A stretch of 64,000 bases of DNA from an uncultured Oscillospiraceae bacterium. Lineage in GTDB: Bacteria > Bacillota > Clostridia > Oscillospirales > Acutalibacteraceae. Under the pieces are notes generated by a model. The model worked only from the letters and a program-made list of their open reading frames with translations. It did not search any database and was not told the origin of the DNA. Numbering within the stretch: the stretch's first letter is position 1; every line of letters starts with the position of its first letter. The stretch lies in contig CAJUNQ010000109.1 of the NCBI GenBank assembly GCA_910587835.1, positions 440-64,439 on the forward strand, written 5' to 3'. Made by a program: the position numbers and the translations under genes. Positions 9,609 through 18,982 of this stretch are shown piece after piece.

Positions 9609-9973
9609 GCATGGAAGTGCTGGGACCCGGAGGAAGACTTTGGCATGGGGGGAAAGAAGCCCAGGGAAGGGGCGCGTCTGCTTTTGAAAAAAGGGAGAGC
9701 GTTTCTCTAGTTAAGGGAGCTTGGGACAGTCCCCGCAAGCGCAGCCGCTTTACAGAGAGCGTCCCAGCGGGCCGCAGCCGGCCTGGGGAGGGGCGGCTTT
9801 TTCGGGCGGTATTCCGCTGCCCGCATATTATTATATTATATAGAAAGTACAGACAGCAGGCCAGGTTGTGAAGGGCTTTGCTTGACACAGTCGCGGCGAA
9901 GAAGATGTAAAGCTTAAAGCCTTGCGCACGAGGCAGCGTACCATATTTGTAAATAGAAGGAGATGCAGCGCTT

Positions 9974-10699
9974 ATGCCCGGCATCCGTCTGGAAAACGTA
10001 TCAAAAATTTTCAAGGGCCCGAAAGGCTCGAAAAAGGAGCCTCAGAAAAGGTTTGAAACCCTTTCTCATGTGAACCTGCAGATTGACCAGGGAGAGTTTG
10101 TGTTTTTTGTCGGCAGCCGGGGGGCGGGAAGCAGCACCCTGCTGAATTTGATCTCCGGCAACCTGCAGCCAGACGCCGGCGCGGTGTATCTGGATGGGAT
10201 CAACCTGGCCAAGCTTAACCGCCGCCAGGAAAAGCAGCTGAAATATACCTTTGGCTGGGTGCCTCAGGAGTCTCAGCTGGTGCGCAGCGCCACGGTGTTT
10301 GAGAACCTGTGTCCCCCAGGGCGGTTCGGGCGCATGGGCGGGGCCATGACCGACGGGCCCCTGATTACCAAGGCACTGGGTCTGGTGGGCATGGCGGGCT
10401 GCGAGGACCGGCGGCCCGGGGAGTTTTCCGCCTCTGAGTGCAGGCGGATCGAGCTGGCAAAGGCCATCCTTTACAGCCCGCCGGTGCTGATTTTGGACAA
10501 GATGACGGACATGATGGACGACGACAGCATCTGGGACGCCATCCATCTGCTGGAAGAGATGAACCGCAGGGGCACCACAGTGCTCATGTCCACCCATTCC
10601 AGGCAGTTTGTGAACATCATGCGCCGCCGGGTGGTGACGCTGGTGGACGGGAAAATTGTGGGCGACGTGAAGAAGGGCCGTTTTGGTGATATTGTGTGA
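9974..10699 (+). CDS. FtsE-like ABC ATPase, degenerate
   Basis: FtsE-like layout and C-terminus, but Walker A GSRGAGSST, signature FSASE, Walker B LILDKMT; no permease beside it. Confidence 0.75.
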   Translation: MPGIRLENVSKIFKGPKGSKKEPQKRFETLSHVNLQIDQGEFVFFVGSRGAGSSTLLNLISGNLQPDAGAVYLDGINLAKLNRRQEKQLKYTFGWVPQESQLVRSATVFENLCPPGRFGRMGGAMTDGPLITKALGLVGMAGCEDRRPGEFSASECRRIELAKAILYSPPVLILDKMTDMMDDDSIWDAIHLLEEMNRRGTTVLMSTHSRQFVNIMRRRVVTLVDGKIVGDVKKGRFGDIV

Positions 10700-10771
10700 A
10701 ATATTGTGCAAAACGTTGAGGAAAGAACGGGTTTGGTGGAGAGAGAATTTACTCTTTACGAAAATTATGAT

Positions 10772-10800
10772 TTGACAATCGGCGGGATGAGGGTTATAAT
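10772..10800 (+). promoter_or_regulatory. consensus sigma-A promoter P1
   Basis: TTGACA-17-TATAAT exact. Confidence 0.8.
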
Positions 10801-10855
10801 ATACGGTGTGGGACAGCTGAGGGAAAATTTAAGCCCCTTCCGGGCCGTCTGGGCA

Positions 10856-10884
10856 TTGACAGACAGTGGGAGAGGACTTATAAT
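10856..10884 (+). promoter_or_regulatory. consensus sigma-A promoter P2
   Basis: TTGACA-17-TATAAT exact. Confidence 0.8.
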
Positions 10885-11003
10885 TTGAGATGTAAGGTTA
10901 CCGGCCGCTTCTCTGTGGGAAGGTGCGGAAAACGGCGGTGCTGCCTGAACGCCCGCCGCGTCCGAGCAAAATAGAACCATAAAGTAAAGAAGGAGGAGCA
11001 GTC

Positions 11004-12779
11004 ATGCTCAAAAACATGAAAATCAAGATGAGCCTCATCCTGGGCTTCAGCGTCACCATTCTGGTCAGCATTGCGATTGTTGTGACCAGCCTGATCGTCA
11101 TGAACGTACAGACCAGCAGCTACGAGCGTATCATCAACACCAACATGCGGGCCAGCGCTTTGGTGCGCACCTGCCGGCTGAATGTCAACATGGCCGCCCG
11201 CAGCCTGCGGGACGTGGCCCTGTCTCCGGAGTCTGCCAGCGCGAAGACCGCCATCGACGCTGTGAACGAAAAGCTGAACTCTCTTGAGGCCGACATCACC
11301 GAGTTGCGCGACATCCATGCTGTGGATAACGAGGGTTCTCTCAACGAGTACATATCCGCTGTGCAGCTATGGGGCACCATGGTGCCGGATATCATGAACA
11401 ATGCTACCGGCGGCAAGGTGGACGAGGCGATCCGACAGATTCTGGAGGAGTGTACGCCAGCTCTGTCCAAGGTGGACGAGGCGGCCTCCAAGCTGCAGAC
11501 GGAGATTACCGCCAGCCAGGATGATATTCTGGCAAAGCAGTCCACCATGGTCACGGTGTCCATTGCCTCTATTATCGCGGCGCTGATTGTGGCCACCATT
11601 CTGGTGATGCTGCTTGAGCTGCGCATCATCCGCAACATCACCATACCCGTGGAGGAGGCCCGCACCGCTTTGATCGGCTACAGCGAGGGCAAGCTGGATA
11701 TTCCCGTGAACTTTGAGAGCCAGAGCGAGCTGGGCGACATGTGCGCGGCCCTGCGCACCAGCCAGCGGGTGCTGAGCAGCGTGATCGCCGACGTGAACCG
11801 GCTGCTCAAGGCCATGGCCGACGGCAACTTTGACGTGCGCACCGAGGCGGAGGACGATTATGTGGGCGCTTTGAGCGCGGTGCTCACCTCCATCCGGGGC
11901 ATCAACAAGAGCCTGAGCGCCACCCTCAGCCAGATCCAGTCCTCCTCCGACCAGGTGTCCTCTGGTGCGGATCAGGTTTCCAACTCTGCCCAGACTTTGG
12001 CCCAGGGCGCGACCCAGCAGGCCAGCGCAGTGGAGGAGCTGTCCGCCACCATTACCGAGATTGCCCAGGGAGCCGAGGAAGGGGTCAGCCTGGCACGGGA
12101 CTCCAGCCAGCTCTCCAATGACGCCAGCGCGCAGATCACGGTGTGCAGCGACCTGATGCAGAGCACCGTGGGCGCTATGAACGACATCAAGGCTGCCGCC
12201 GAAGAGGTTGGCACCATTGTGGATACCATTGCCAACATCGCCTTCCAGACCAATATCCTGGCTTTGAACGCCGCCGTGGAGGCTGCCCGGGCCGGTGTGG
12301 CCGGCAAGGGCTTCGCGGTAGTGGCAGAGGAGGTGCGGGTGCTGTCCTCCAAGTCTGACGAGGCCAGCCGCGCCACCAAGGAGCGCATCGAGCACGCCAT
12401 CAGCGCGGTGCAGAAGGGCGGCGTGTATGTGGCCGACGTGTCTGAGGCTCTGGATAAGACCGTGTCCCTGGTGAACAGCGCTGTGGCCAAGATGGGCGAT
12501 GTGGCTGACGCCAGCGAGCATCAGGCCGAGTCCATTGAGCAGATCCGCGAGGGCATCAGCCAGATCTCCGCTGTGGTGCAGAGCAACTCCGCCACCAGCG
12601 AGGAGAGCGCTGCCGCCAGCGAGCAGCTGTCTTCTCAGGCGCAGATCATGGATCAGCTGATGGCCAAGTTCCGGCTGCGGGACTGCGGCGCCAGCGAGCC
12701 CATGGCGGCTCCCATTCACACCAGCACCGCAGGGGGCTCCAGCGACAGCTTTGGCCCTTCCAGCTACGACAAGTACTAA
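11004..12779 (+). CDS. methyl-accepting chemotaxis protein
   Basis: Two TM segments, helical sensor, HAMP, IAFQTNILALNAAVEAARAG..GKGFAVVAEEVR. Confidence 0.97.
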   Translation: MLKNMKIKMSLILGFSVTILVSIAIVVTSLIVMNVQTSSYERIINTNMRASALVRTCRLNVNMAARSLRDVALSPESASAKTAIDAVNEKLNSLEADITELRDIHAVDNEGSLNEYISAVQLWGTMVPDIMNNATGGKVDEAIRQILEECTPALSKVDEAASKLQTEITASQDDILAKQSTMVTVSIASIIAALIVATILVMLLELRIIRNITIPVEEARTALIGYSEGKLDIPVNFESQSELGDMCAALRTSQRVLSSVIADVNRLLKAMADGNFDVRTEAEDDYVGALSAVLTSIRGINKSLSATLSQIQSSSDQVSSGADQVSNSAQTLAQGATQQASAVEELSATITEIAQGAEEGVSLARDSSQLSNDASAQITVCSDLMQSTVGAMNDIKAAAEEVGTIVDTIANIAFQTNILALNAAVEAARAGVAGKGFAVVAEEVRVLSSKSDEASRATKERIEHAISAVQKGGVYVADVSEALDKTVSLVNSAVAKMGDVADASEHQAESIEQIREGISQISAVVQSNSATSEESAAASEQLSSQAQIMDQLMAKFRLRDCGASEPMAAPIHTSTAGGSSDSFGPSSYDKY

Positions 12780-12863
12780 AAAGCGGTCTGCCGGTCCCGA
12801 TCCATTGCCGCGTTTTCCGCCGGAAATACCGGTGGGTCGGAAGCCGGTAATATAGAAAACCAT

Positions 12864-12901
12864 AACCGGACGGCCAGCATGCTTTGGGCCGCCCGGTTTT
12901 G
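12864..12901 (+). terminator. probable terminator
   Basis: AACCGGACGGCC...GGCCGCCCGGTT stem followed by T-run. Confidence 0.5.
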
Positions 12902-12980
12902 TGGTCAGGAAAGCTTTTCCTATTCCCACAGTTGGAAGGATGCAGAAAAGTTGGGGAGAATGAACAGCAGAAAGTAAGAG

Positions 12981-15206
12981 GTGATACTTGTGCCGGAGGT
13001 CTTAAAGGAGCAGGACGCGGGCTTGGTGTTCGCGCTGGACATTGGGACGCGGAGCATCATCGGAATGCTGGGCCGGGTGGAGAACGGCCGGTTCCAGGTA
13101 GAGGCCATTGAAAAGGAGGAGCACGGCCGCCGGGCCATGCTGGACGGGCAGATTGTGGAGATTGAGCAGGTGGCTCAGGTGGCCGGAAGCGTGATTGACC
13201 GCCTGCAGGCAAAGGTGGGGGTGCGCCTGAGCCGGGTCTGTGTTGCGGCGGCGGGGCGGGCGTTGAAGTCGCAGAGCGCGGCCTTTACTCTGCGGTTTGA
13301 CGATCTGCGCCAGGCTGACGCAGACCTGATTGGACAGTTGGAGGCCGGGGCGGTCTCTGAGGCGGAGAAGCTGCTGGCTGGGGAGAACGCCGGTCAGGGC
13401 CGCTTCTATATGGTGGGCTACACGGCCCGTCAATATGTGGTGGACGGCTACCCCATGACCAACCTGATGGACCACCGGGGGCAGGTGTTTGAAGCGGATG
13501 TGGTGGCGACCTTTCTGCCCAGCGGGGTGGTGGAGAGCCTCTACGCAGTCACCGGCAGGCTGGGGCTGGAGGTTTCCAGCCTGACTTTGGAGCCCATCGC
13601 GGCTTTGAACGCTGCCATTCCCCCTGACATCCGGCTGCTGAACCTGGTGCTGGTAGACATTGGCGCGGGCACCTCGGACATTGCGGTGTGCCGGGAGGGC
13701 AGCGTGGTGGGCTACACCATGGCCACGGTGGCCGGGGACGAGGTCACCGAGCTGCTGATGCGCAGTCTGCTGGTGGACTTTAAAACCGGCGAACGGCTGA
13801 AAATGAACATGAGCTCAGTGGAGCCCTTGCAGTACCCGGATATTCTGGGGATGAAGCATGAGATTACCAGTGAGAACCTGAAGGAGCTGGTGAAGCCTGC
13901 TGCCCAGCGGCTGGCCGGGGAGATTGGGGAGCAGATTATGCTGCTCAACGGCGCGGCCCCTTCGGCGGTGTTTCTGGCCGGGGGCGGCAGTAAGCTGGCG
14001 GGCCTGCCCCAGCTGGTGGCTGCTGAGCTGGACATGAGCGAGGCCCGGGTGGCTCTGGCTGGCAACCATTTTGGGGCCAGCGCCTGCTCGGAGGAGTATG
14101 AGCTGGCGGACCCGGAGTATGCCACGCCCCTTGGCATTGGGGCTTCGGCGGCGTTGGGGATGATCAACGACAGTTATATGGTCACCTTGAACGGTCTGCC
14201 TGCCAAGCTGTTCCGCAACGGGGCGTTGAGCCTGCGGGATGTGCTGCTGATGAACGGCTATCATTATGGGGACATGATGGGCCGCACCGGGGCTAATCTC
14301 TCCTTCACCCTGAATGGGCAGAGGGAATTCTTCCGGGGCACCCCGGCAGTGGAGTCCCGCATGTTTATCAATGGGAAGGAGGCGGCGTTCTCTACGCTGG
14401 TTCAGGCGGGGGACAGGATCGATTTTACCCCGGCGCGCTCTGGCCGGGCCGCTGCCCAGACACTGGCCCAGCTGTTGGGAGAGGACTTTTCAGGGGAGGC
14501 GGTGGTGAACGGCCAGCCCCAGCCCTTGAGCTACGCCATCCGTCAGGGAGACGAGGTGGTGACAGAGGGGGGAGAGACGCCTCCCCGGCAGAAGCGCAAA
14601 GCCTACTATGAACCCGAGCCCCTGCGGCCTGTTGGGGCGGAGAGGAAGGAGAGCCTTGGGAAAAAGGAGTCGGCCGCTCAGGAGAAGCCGGTTGGGCCTC
14701 CCCCCGGTCAACAGGACCTGGCCCCGGAGCAGACGCGGGAAGGTCAGACGAAAGAGAGCAAGGAGGGGGCCTCTGTCAAAGAGGAGCAGCCGGTGGAGAG
14801 TCAGCCGGAGAAAAAGCAGGGGGGAGCCTTGGCCCCAGCGAAGACTAGGGGCCTGCCAAAGCAGCTGGAAAAGCTTTTGACAGAGCAGCCCAAGGAAAAG
14901 GAAGCCGCCCCCAGGACGCAACCGGCCCCTCAGGAGAAAAAGTCCGGCCCCCGGCAGCAGAGGGAGGCGGAGCAGCTCTCCTTCAGGCCGGAGATTCCGG
15001 TGATGCTCAACGGGGAGCCCATTCGTTTGGAACCCAAGGCCCAGGGCGGGGACTACTATCTGATGGACCTGTTGGAACGCTCAGGCCTGGACTTTGACCA
15101 CCTGGAGGGACCTGTGGAGCTGCTGGTCAACGGAGCCCAGGGGCAGTTCAGCCAGGTGATTCGGCCCAACGATCAGGTGACCATCCGGTATAAGGACCGG
15201 AGCTGA
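12981..15206 (+). CDS. FtsA/PilM-like actin-fold ATPase fused to ubiquitin-like (beta-grasp) repeats
   Basis: ALDIGT, VDIGAGTSD, AGGGS motifs; repeated hydrophobic-NG...GD-x-I/V units, low-complexity linker, ThiS-like C-terminus. Confidence 0.8.
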   Translation: MILVPEVLKEQDAGLVFALDIGTRSIIGMLGRVENGRFQVEAIEKEEHGRRAMLDGQIVEIEQVAQVAGSVIDRLQAKVGVRLSRVCVAAAGRALKSQSAAFTLRFDDLRQADADLIGQLEAGAVSEAEKLLAGENAGQGRFYMVGYTARQYVVDGYPMTNLMDHRGQVFEADVVATFLPSGVVESLYAVTGRLGLEVSSLTLEPIAALNAAIPPDIRLLNLVLVDIGAGTSDIAVCREGSVVGYTMATVAGDEVTELLMRSLLVDFKTGERLKMNMSSVEPLQYPDILGMKHEITSENLKELVKPAAQRLAGEIGEQIMLLNGAAPSAVFLAGGGSKLAGLPQLVAAELDMSEARVALAGNHFGASACSEEYELADPEYATPLGIGASAALGMINDSYMVTLNGLPAKLFRNGALSLRDVLLMNGYHYGDMMGRTGANLSFTLNGQREFFRGTPAVESRMFINGKEAAFSTLVQAGDRIDFTPARSGRAAAQTLAQLLGEDFSGEAVVNGQPQPLSYAIRQGDEVVTEGGETPPRQKRKAYYEPEPLRPVGAERKESLGKKESAAQEKPVGPPPGQQDLAPEQTREGQTKESKEGASVKEEQPVESQPEKKQGGALAPAKTRGLPKQLEKLLTEQPKEKEAAPRTQPAPQEKKSGPRQQREAEQLSFRPEIPVMLNGEPIRLEPKAQGGDYYLMDLLERSGLDFDHLEGPVELLVNGAQGQFSQVIRPNDQVTIRYKDRS

Positions 15207-15235
15207 CAACAGAAAGACAGAAGGAAGGGATACCA

Positions 15236-15688
15236 ATGAAGCACTACAGCCTGCGGGCGGCAGCGGCCGCGCTGGCGCTCAGCCTGGTTTTGGCCGGGTG
15301 CGGCGGGGGCGACCCGGGCTCAGCGGCCTCGGGCTCTTCAGGGACCTTGGCGGAGGGCTCGGACCCCCTGGTGAACGGGGCCTCCTCGACCCTGAGTGAG
15401 ACAGAGGGCGAGCAGCTGCATATGATGACCATTGAGGAGACGATTGAGTACTTTAAAAGGCTGGACCCAACGGCGCTGGGCCTGAAGGGGGAGAGCATGG
15501 CCGACTATCAGATCTACCCCAGTGAAAAGGCCATTCCGGTGGATAACCTGCCCTGCATGAAGCTTATCGTCTATGCCAAAACCGAGGCGGGGACCAATAC
15601 CCCGGAGGAGACCTTTTTGGTGGCCCGGGACGGCACCGCAGTCTACCGGCTGGTGGACGGACAGGCCGAAGAGATTGACCTGGGCTGA
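15236..15688 (+). CDS. lipoprotein of unknown function
   Basis: Signal peptide with LAGC lipobox. Confidence 0.8.
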   Translation: MKHYSLRAAAAALALSLVLAGCGGGDPGSAASGSSGTLAEGSDPLVNGASSTLSETEGEQLHMMTIEETIEYFKRLDPTALGLKGESMADYQIYPSEKAIPVDNLPCMKLIVYAKTEAGTNTPEETFLVARDGTAVYRLVDGQAEEIDLG

Positions 15689-15841
15689 CAAAATAGGAAA
15701 AATATTTTGCGGACTTTTTTCATATACTGAAAAAAGAGGCCTCTCCCAGAGAGGGGGTTTTCCCGGAGTTCCGCTGTTTTCCTGGGAAAAGGACAGGGTG
15801 GGGCTGGAATTTATTCCTAAAGAGAAAATGCGGCGTGGGGC

Positions 15842-15870
15842 TTGCATATAAGGCAAAAACATGGTATACT
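15842..15870 (+). promoter_or_regulatory. sigma-A promoter of flgB operon
   Basis: TTGCAT-17-TATACT with extended TG. Confidence 0.65.
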
Positions 15871-15934
15871 TAATCATAATCGGGTAAAATAAGGGACAAA
15901 GCCCCTGATCAAGTAAGATAAAGGAGGGACGGCT

Positions 15935-16324
15935 GTGGACGGGATTACCAACAACAGTCTCCGGATGATGGAGCGTTCGATGGACTTTCTGTGGGTAAAG
16001 CAGAACGCTCTGCTGGATAATATATCGAATGTGGAAACCCCCAACTACAAGACCAAGCTTGTGACCTTTGAGGAGAGCTTTCAGGCTCAACTGGAGGCTG
16101 CGGAGCATGGCCGGAACAAGCTGACCAAAAAGACCATGCGGGACGCCATTGAGAGCGCGGACTGGCAGGTAGTGGAGACGGAGGAGATTACCCGGCGGGA
16201 TGACAACGGCGTGAACCTGACTGAGCAGATGACCGAGCTGGTGCGCAACTCCTATCAGCTGCAGTACGTCTACCAGAGCATTAACAGCGACTTTGCCGCT
16301 TTGCGCTCCGCCATCAACGGTTAA
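15935..16324 (+). CDS. flgB: basal-body rod protein
   Basis: NISNVETPNYK, R.DDNGVNL motifs. Confidence 0.95.
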   Translation: MDGITNNSLRMMERSMDFLWVKQNALLDNISNVETPNYKTKLVTFEESFQAQLEAAEHGRNKLTKKTMRDAIESADWQVVETEEITRRDDNGVNLTEQMTELVRNSYQLQYVYQSINSDFAALRSAING

Positions 16325-16378
16325 GCGGAGGACAGGCGGATATATTCTTGAGACAGCCGGAAAGGATTCGGAAGGATT

Positions 16379-16840
16379 ATGGCATTTTTAGGCAATATTA
16401 ACATAGTCGGCTCTGGGTTGACCGCCCAGCAGCTGCGTCTTGACATTATTTCTGAGAACATCACCAACCTGAACACCACCCGCACAGAGAACGGGGAGGG
16501 CCCCTACCGCCGGAAGATGGTGGTTTTTGAGGCTGAGAGCGGCCGGGACGGCTTCCGCATGGCCATGGCCCAGGCGGTGAACAACTCCAACCGGGGCACC
16601 GAGCGTTCGGCGGGAGTGCGGGTAGCGGAGATTGTGGAGGACGAGAGCCCCTTCTCCTTGAGCTACGACCCCACTCATCCTGACGCCAATGAGGACGGGT
16701 ATTTGCAGATGCCCAATGTCACCCTGGTAAAGGAGATTACGGACGCGATGGCGGCCACCCAGGCCTATTCGGCCAATGTGACGGCCTTTAACACCCTGAA
16801 AAGCGTGATTACCCGGGGGCTGGACCTGGGCAGCAGGTGA
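16379..16840 (+). CDS. flgC: basal-body rod protein
   Basis: GPYRRK, YDPTHPDA, MPNV motifs. Confidence 0.97.
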   Translation: MAFLGNINIVGSGLTAQQLRLDIISENITNLNTTRTENGEGPYRRKMVVFEAESGRDGFRMAMAQAVNNSNRGTERSAGVRVAEIVEDESPFSLSYDPTHPDANEDGYLQMPNVTLVKEITDAMAATQAYSANVTAFNTLKSVITRGLDLGSR

Positions 16841-16966
16841 CCTGAGGCTGTTTGACAGCTGGAAACAAAGACACAAAAAGCGCGGAAGGCGCATTTACTA
16901 TAAAGAGCAGCCCGGCCTTATCTTTTTGGCAGGGGCTGGGGCAGCACCCAGGAAAGGAAGTTTCTT

Positions 16967-17290
16967 ATGATCAGTTCCATTACGCCTCTTACCTCTGGTA
17001 TGAGCTCTATGGCTCCCATTACCTCCTTGTTTGAGGAGGGGAAGGAGCAGACGCAGAGCAGCGGGATTGCAGGCGGCTTTGGTAGCATTTTTCAGTCTGC
17101 CATTGACGCAGTGAAGGAGAGCGATGCGGAGAAAACCCAGATGCAGTATTTGATGGCCACGGGCCAGCTGGATAACCCTGTGGCCTTGAATATGGCCAGC
17201 ACCAAGTACGAGCTCTCTGTCAGCCTGCTGGCGCAGCTGCGCAACCGGGCAGTGGAGGCCTATAACGAGCTTATGCGTATCAGCCTGTAA
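16967..17290 (+). CDS. fliE: hook-basal body protein
   Basis: LRNRAVEAYNELMRI C-terminus. Confidence 0.95.
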   Translation: MISSITPLTSGMSSMAPITSLFEEGKEQTQSSGIAGGFGSIFQSAIDAVKESDAEKTQMQYLMATGQLDNPVALNMASTKYELSVSLLAQLRNRAVEAYNELMRISL

Positions 17291-17335
17291 GCAGGGCCAT
17301 GAAAAAACCGCGGAAGGGCTGAGGAGGTCAGGCAA

Positions 17336-18982
17336 GTGGAAGACAAGGCAAAAGACATCTGGATACAGGTCAAGGGGACGGTAGGCGGTCTGAGCAAAAC
17401 AGTGAAGGCCATTATCGTCGCCGTTATTGTGATTTTATTGACAGCGCTGGCGGTCTATCTTGCCAACGGCTCCAAAACGGAGTATGAAGAGGTGTTTACA
17501 GGCCTCAACGGCGACGACATGACCGCTGTGTGCAAATATCTCTCGGATGAGGGGACCACCGACTACAAGGTGCAGGACAATAACACCATTACGGTGCCCA
17601 AGGGCCAGGCAGACCGAATCAGGGCCAGCCTGATTGCTGCGGGCTACCCCCAGTCCAGCCCGGACTATGGACTGTACCTCACGAATATCAGCTCCCTGTC
17701 CACTGAGTCGGACCGCTCCCAGATGGCGCTGTATGAGCTGATGGACCGCATGGCGGCCACCATCCGCTGCTACGATGGGGTGGCCGACGCGGTGGTGAAC
17801 ATTGCCCCTGGGGAGGACAGGCGGTATGTGCTGAGCCAGGACAACACCATTGAGGCGTCCGCGTCTGTGGTGGTGACCATGAAGGACGGCGAGCGCATGA
17901 CCGATGGCCTGGCCGAGTCTATCCGGGCCACGGTAAGCCACTCGGTGAAGGGGCTCATCATCGACGAGGTGGACATCCGGGACAGCGAGGGCAACAGCTA
18001 TGACGGGTCTCAGGACGCCAGCGGAGATGTGAAGACCATTGCCGAGACCAAGCTGAACCTGGAGGACCAGTGGAACAAGAAGCTGCGCAAGCAGGTGATG
18101 GACGTGATGGAGCCCATGTATGGGGAGGGCAATGTGTCCTGCGCCGTGAACACCACTGTGAATATGGACAGCTCTCAGTCTGAGTCCACCATCTATTCTC
18201 AGCCCGACTGGGCCGGAGGGGACACCAACGGCGAAGGCATTGTGGGCAAGAAGATCTGGTCTGGCAAAATAATCGCTGGTGAGGACGGCGTCGGCGGTGT
18301 GGTGGGCACGGATCCCAACGCAGACTTGAACACTTATGTAGAGGAGTTTACCCCCACCGGTGAGGAAGAGGGGCTGGAGGTCAGCGGGGAGAAGCAATTT
18401 GAGAACAACAAGACCATCACCCAGCAGCAGACCATTGGCGGTTACATTTCCGACGTGACTGTGTCGGTGACGATCAACAGCCGGGTGCCCAACACGGCCA
18501 ATCAGGATCAGCTGGTGGGCCATGTTGCCCGGGCGGTGGGCATCAGCGCGGCGGACCAGAACGAGAAGATTTCCATTATCACCCATGAATTCTACCGGCC
18601 TGAGGAGGACAATGTCCCGGCGGATACCACCCCGGTGCCCAACATCTTCGGGGACATCCCCCTGTGGGTGTATCTGGCGCTGCTGGCAGGGCTGTTCCTG
18701 TTCATGGTGCTGTTTACCGTGTTTGTGCTGCTGGGCCGCAGCCGCAGCCGCCGCAGGCTGCAGCCGCTGGAACCGGTGGTGGTGGTCGGCCCCGAAGCGG
18801 AGGAGCAGGAGCCCGCCGTGGAGGAGCAGGAGCCCATGGGCGCGGATATTATGGATGTACATACCGAAAAGAGCATGGAGCTGCGCCGGTCTGTGCGGGA
18901 GCTTGCTGAGAGCAATCCTGAGATCGCGGCCCAGGCAATCAAGGCTCTGTTGAGGGGAGATGAAGAGGGCAATGGCGGATAA
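17336..18982 (+). CDS. fliF: MS-ring protein
   Basis: Two TM segments, ASASVV, NPEIAAQAIK; synteny. Confidence 0.93.
   Translation: MEDKAKDIWIQVKGTVGGLSKTVKAIIVAVIVILLTALAVYLANGSKTEYEEVFTGLNGDDMTAVCKYLSDEGTTDYKVQDNNTITVPKGQADRIRASLIAAGYPQSSPDYGLYLTNISSLSTESDRSQMALYELMDRMAATIRCYDGVADAVVNIAPGEDRRYVLSQDNTIEASASVVVTMKDGERMTDGLAESIRATVSHSVKGLIIDEVDIRDSEGNSYDGSQDASGDVKTIAETKLNLEDQWNKKLRKQVMDVMEPMYGEGNVSCAVNTTVNMDSSQSESTIYSQPDWAGGDTNGEGIVGKKIWSGKIIAGEDGVGGVVGTDPNADLNTYVEEFTPTGEEEGLEVSGEKQFENNKTITQQQTIGGYISDVTVSVTINSRVPNTANQDQLVGHVARAVGISAADQNEKISIITHEFYRPEEDNVPADTTPVPNIFGDIPLWVYLALLAGLFLFMVLFTVFVLLGRSRSRRRLQPLEPVVVVGPEAEEQEPAVEEQEPMGADIMDVHTEKSMELRRSVRELAESNPEIAAQAIKALLRGDEEGNGG

Noticed and set aside
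15690..15934. c-di-GMP riboswitch or invertible flagellar switch upstream of flgB
   Set aside because: The leader after the promoter is only about 60 nt; no GEMM-like consensus or flanking inverted repeats recognised
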